DNA of 20,000 bases from Spirochaetales bacterium (lineage in GTDB: Bacteria; Spirochaetota; Spirochaetia; Treponematales; UBA12059): assembly GCA_016928955.1 (NCBI GenBank), contig JAFGJV010000047.1:52077-72076 (forward strand), written 5' to 3'. The number at the start of each line of letters is the position of its first letter. Position 1 is the first letter of the stretch. The notes beneath the pieces are model-generated. The model saw only the letters and a list, made by a program, of their open reading frames with translations. It did no database searches and was not told where the DNA came from. The position numbers were made by a program, and so were the translations under genes. Of the stretch, positions 16,896 to 20,000 are shown in pieces.

Positions 16896-19879
16896 AAAAG
16901 CTGGTTGTCCTGGCCGTCCTCTTGGCGGCCGCCGCGCTGGTCCTGAGCACCTGCAGCAACCCCGTGGACCTCCTTGCGGAGCTCGAGGTTGAGGTCATGA
17001 AGGCCAACGACCGGTACCTGGAGATTGAAAACCTGGATGCCGCCCGGATGGGTAGCAGTACCGACGTCAGCCCCTCCGCCGACGTGGTGGTGGTCTTTGA
17101 CCGGCCCGTTGACGGCGCAACGCTGTCTGGCATCACGCTCCTGGAAAACGGCACTGCGGTCAGCGTCAAGACGGAGCTGAATGGTTCCACCCTGCGCGTG
17201 GCCAAGGATCCGTATTTTGACAACGAGAAGGACTACGCATTGACCCTGACCGGCGTACAGGGCACTGACGCAGCGGCCCTACTTGAGCCCATTTCCTGGA
17301 GCTTCCACACGGGAATGGCCCCGGCCGCGAATATCTCCGTTTACAGCAAATCAGCGCTCTCTGAAGACGGTTACAGCGACGACGCTCTTATAACTGTGTT
17401 CATCGAAGCCAACCTTCTGGCCGACAAGTTTATTGTTTCCCAGACCCCATTAAGTGAACCGTACTCGGGATTGATTGGATGGGCATCCCTCGTCTCGGGG
17501 CAGACGGAGTACGACTATACACTGACAGGGGGTGATGGGGCCAAGACTCTCTATGTATTGCTGGTTGATGAGGGCTCCGAACCGGATGTTTATAGTGTTG
17601 TGACCCAACGGGCTATCTATTTGGATACGGTTGCGCCCAGTTCCGCTTCCATTTCCGTAAGCTACTCCGGCAATGACCCTACCTACGTTAAGGGCACACA
17701 GGTGGTGTCCAGCGCATCGGCTGACGCGGTCGGTATAGGCAAGGTGGAGTTCCGAATCGGAGGAACCCTTGTGGCCACCGATACGGAAGCTCCGTATACC
17801 CATAATTGGGTCACGACCAGTGGTTATGCCAACGGTTCCAGCTATGCCGTGGTCGCGCGGGCTTACGACCGGGCAGGAAACTACCTGGATTCTACCACAG
17901 TGAACCGGACCGTTGACAACGCGGCCCCCACCGTCAGCGTCGCCATAGATAATGATGCGAACTATTTCAACGCAGCCTATGTCCGGGCAACCCGGGCGGT
18001 TACCAGTACCGCGAGCGACACGGGCGGTGTCCTTGACAAGGTTGAGTTTTACGTTGGCGGCATCTTAAAGTACACGGATACCGCCTCGCCGTATTCTTAT
18101 TCGTGGAACACCACTGGCTTTTCCAACGGTACTACCTACGCCCTGACCTGCAAAGCGTTCGACAAGGCAGGCAATTCTACGGTAGCCAACACCCTGAACC
18201 GGACGGTGGACAACGCCGTGCCTACGGTGTCGTCATTCGCCATCAACGGTACCGGCGATGGCTCCAACGCATACATCAAGACGACGGGCGCCACGCTGAG
18301 CCAAAGCGTCTCTGACGGCTCCCCCCTCCAGATGCGCTTCAGCAACGACGGCACAACTTGGACGTCCTGGGCAAGCTACACCTCCAGTACGGCGCATACC
18401 CTGGCTTCGGGCGATGGCACTAAATACGTGTACTACCACTTCAGGGACGCGGCGGGCAACCAGACCACGACTGGAACGGCCTCACGGGACTCCATTTACC
18501 TCGATACGGCAGCGCCAGCCACCGAGGTGACCAGCCCGACCAGCGGCGCGAGCGTGGTTGGGACAGCCCTGTATGTGGAGGCGGAGGCGCTGGACGATGT
18601 AGGAATCTGGAAAGTGGAATTTTACATAGGAGGGGTATCCAAGGGCTATGATACCTCCTATCCCTACAAGTCTACTACGGCATGGAACACGACGACGCTC
18701 ACGGAAGGCGCTTCATATACCGTCCAGAGCATAGCCTACGATATGGCGGGCAACTCCACGTCGTCATATCACAGTGTGTATATTGACAACTTCGATGCCT
18801 ATTACACACGCGGGTTTGTAGATGGCAGCGGTAGCACAAATTTCGGCTCGAGTAGTTGCATGGGGGCCGACTGGGACAATGGCTTTCTGTACATCGCGTA
18901 TTACGATTATGCGAATTCGGACATAGACTTCCTCCGGAGCGAGGATGACGGCGCTAGCTGGACGGCCATGACATCGATCACCACAACCGGTACCCGGCCG
19001 GAGATCGCGGTGGACTCCAAGGGAGACATCCACGCGCTGTACATGTCCGGCTCTAACATCTATTATAGGAAGTCGACCGATGCCGGCGCCAGCTGGTCGA
19101 CGGTCCAGACCCTGGCCACGGACGCATCAACATCCTACGATCCTGCCATTGTGACCTTTGGCTCGTCTACCATCAATGTCCACGTCCTGTACGTCAGCAA
19201 CTCCTCGCCGAACGCGCTTCGCTACCGGCGCTCCGCCGACGCCGGCGCGACCTTCCTCATTGTTTCCACCTTATACTCCACGGCCAATCAATTACGATAT
19301 CCCAAGTTGTCCGCTAACGGCTCGGGAGTGCAGGTGCTCGCCCAGGATTACAGCGCGCGCCGCTTGCTCTATGGAGTGCGCAACGGGACCACGGGCGCGC
19401 AGCTCCTTGCCATTGGCTATGTAGGTGACACGGATGTTGGTGAGAATCCCTCGATGGCGGCTGTGACCATTACTCCAAAAATCGGGGATCCCGTGCATTA
19501 CGTCATGATCACCAGCGGCGATGGAGCCAGCGGCCAAGCCTTACGTACGACCTATTCCTCCACTGGCGGCGCTACGTTCTCGGCGGGCACCGTGGCCTCG
19601 AATATGTCGTTTGTGCAATCGGCCGTCACCGCGTCCTGGGCAGGGTTGTTCCTCAATTATTATGACATTTATTACGTGGCGTATTTGGATTATGCAAATG
19701 GTCGCCTTCTGTTCGGCAAGTCCACCAACATGACAACTTGGTATAATTATGTATTGGATGGAGCCGCGGACGTGGGAGGTTTCCCTTCTGCCGTGAGCAA
19801 TGGAAACGCTATTTACGTATCCTATTACGACGCGGCTAATAAGCGCCTAAAATTCGTCAAGGGAGTTATCAATTTTTAA
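16892..19879 (+). CDS. Large lipoprotein with bacterial Ig-like repeats and a C-terminal Asp-box/BNR beta-propeller, 995 aa
   Basis: MKKLVVLAVLLAAAALVLST-C lipoprotein signal; ATGA overlap with the upstream stop; SbsA/Big_5-like first domain (VVVFDRPVD...SWSFHTG); three KVEF...PY...W.T...AYD.AGN repeats; two GDG.K..Y repeats; Asp boxes SEDDGASW, STDAGASW, SADAGATF, SSTGGATF. Confidence 0.9.
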   Translation: MKKLVVLAVLLAAAALVLSTCSNPVDLLAELEVEVMKANDRYLEIENLDAARMGSSTDVSPSADVVVVFDRPVDGATLSGITLLENGTAVSVKTELNGSTLRVAKDPYFDNEKDYALTLTGVQGTDAAALLEPISWSFHTGMAPAANISVYSKSALSEDGYSDDALITVFIEANLLADKFIVSQTPLSEPYSGLIGWASLVSGQTEYDYTLTGGDGAKTLYVLLVDEGSEPDVYSVVTQRAIYLDTVAPSSASISVSYSGNDPTYVKGTQVVSSASADAVGIGKVEFRIGGTLVATDTEAPYTHNWVTTSGYANGSSYAVVARAYDRAGNYLDSTTVNRTVDNAAPTVSVAIDNDANYFNAAYVRATRAVTSTASDTGGVLDKVEFYVGGILKYTDTASPYSYSWNTTGFSNGTTYALTCKAFDKAGNSTVANTLNRTVDNAVPTVSSFAINGTGDGSNAYIKTTGATLSQSVSDGSPLQMRFSNDGTTWTSWASYTSSTAHTLASGDGTKYVYYHFRDAAGNQTTTGTASRDSIYLDTAAPATEVTSPTSGASVVGTALYVEAEALDDVGIWKVEFYIGGVSKGYDTSYPYKSTTAWNTTTLTEGASYTVQSIAYDMAGNSTSSYHSVYIDNFDAYYTRGFVDGSGSTNFGSSSCMGADWDNGFLYIAYYDYANSDIDFLRSEDDGASWTAMTSITTTGTRPEIAVDSKGDIHALYMSGSNIYYRKSTDAGASWSTVQTLATDASTSYDPAIVTFGSSTINVHVLYVSNSSPNALRYRRSADAGATFLIVSTLYSTANQLRYPKLSANGSGVQVLAQDYSARRLLYGVRNGTTGAQLLAIGYVGDTDVGENPSMAAVTITPKIGDPVHYVMITSGDGASGQALRTTYSSTGGATFSAGTVASNMSFVQSAVTASWAGLFLNYYDIYYVAYLDYANGRLLFGKSTNMTTWYNYVLDGAADVGGFPSAVSNGNAIYVSYYDAANKRLKFVKGVINF

Positions 19880-19924
19880 AGAGCCTCGAGGGTTATGGCC
19901 CCCGGGCGCTGGCCGGGGCCACTG

Positions 19925-19972
19925 AAAAAGACCGCGAAGTTGTGCAAGAGCATGACTTCGCGGTTTTCTTTT
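19925..19972 (+). terminator. Intrinsic terminator, probably bidirectional
   Basis: ACCGCGAAGT (19931-19940) / ACTTCGCGGT (19955-19964) stem, extended inward by G-U pairs, with an A-run before and TTTCTTTT after. A second GC hairpin TGGCCCC/GGGGCCA lies at 19896-19921. Confidence 0.8.
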
Positions 19973-20000
19973 GGAAGCGCTTCGGTCGGAGGTGATGGAA

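Noticed and set aside
19983..20000. CGGTCGGAGGTGATGGAA at the right edge: possible reverse-complement tRNA 3' end or SD of a following gene
   Set aside because: Only about 18 nt are visible, with no CCA or TTCGA loop inside the window, so it cannot be supported.

Overview
GC-rich bacterial chromosomal segment; a spirochaete origin is inferred from the lipobox style, gene types and small palindromic elements, and is not proven. The minus strand from 11125 down to 1 carries a complete V/A-type ATPase operon (H/G-C-I-K-F-E-A-B-D). It runs directly into a universal stress protein, a PTS EIIA domain protein and CTP synthase (pyrG, cut by the left window edge and missed by the ORF track). To the right are a divergent, apparently leaderless hypothetical gene, two nested AT-rich mini-palindromes, a small lipoprotein, a decayed 4Fe-4S gene fragment and an inositol-monophosphatase-family/ADP-ribosylglycohydrolase fusion. 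The window ends with a coupled gene pair, an outer-membrane beta-barrel + transglutaminase-like + TPR protein and a ~995-aa Ig-repeat/Asp-box lipoprotein, followed by a terminator. Best leads: (1) the barrel-transglutaminase/lipoprotein pair, (2) a pyrC-like CTP-sensitive start-site geometry in front of a leaderless pyrG, (3) USP and EIIA attached to the V-ATPase operon, (4) the nested mini-elements with a 4-bp target duplication. All calls come from reading motifs by eye; no database searches were run.
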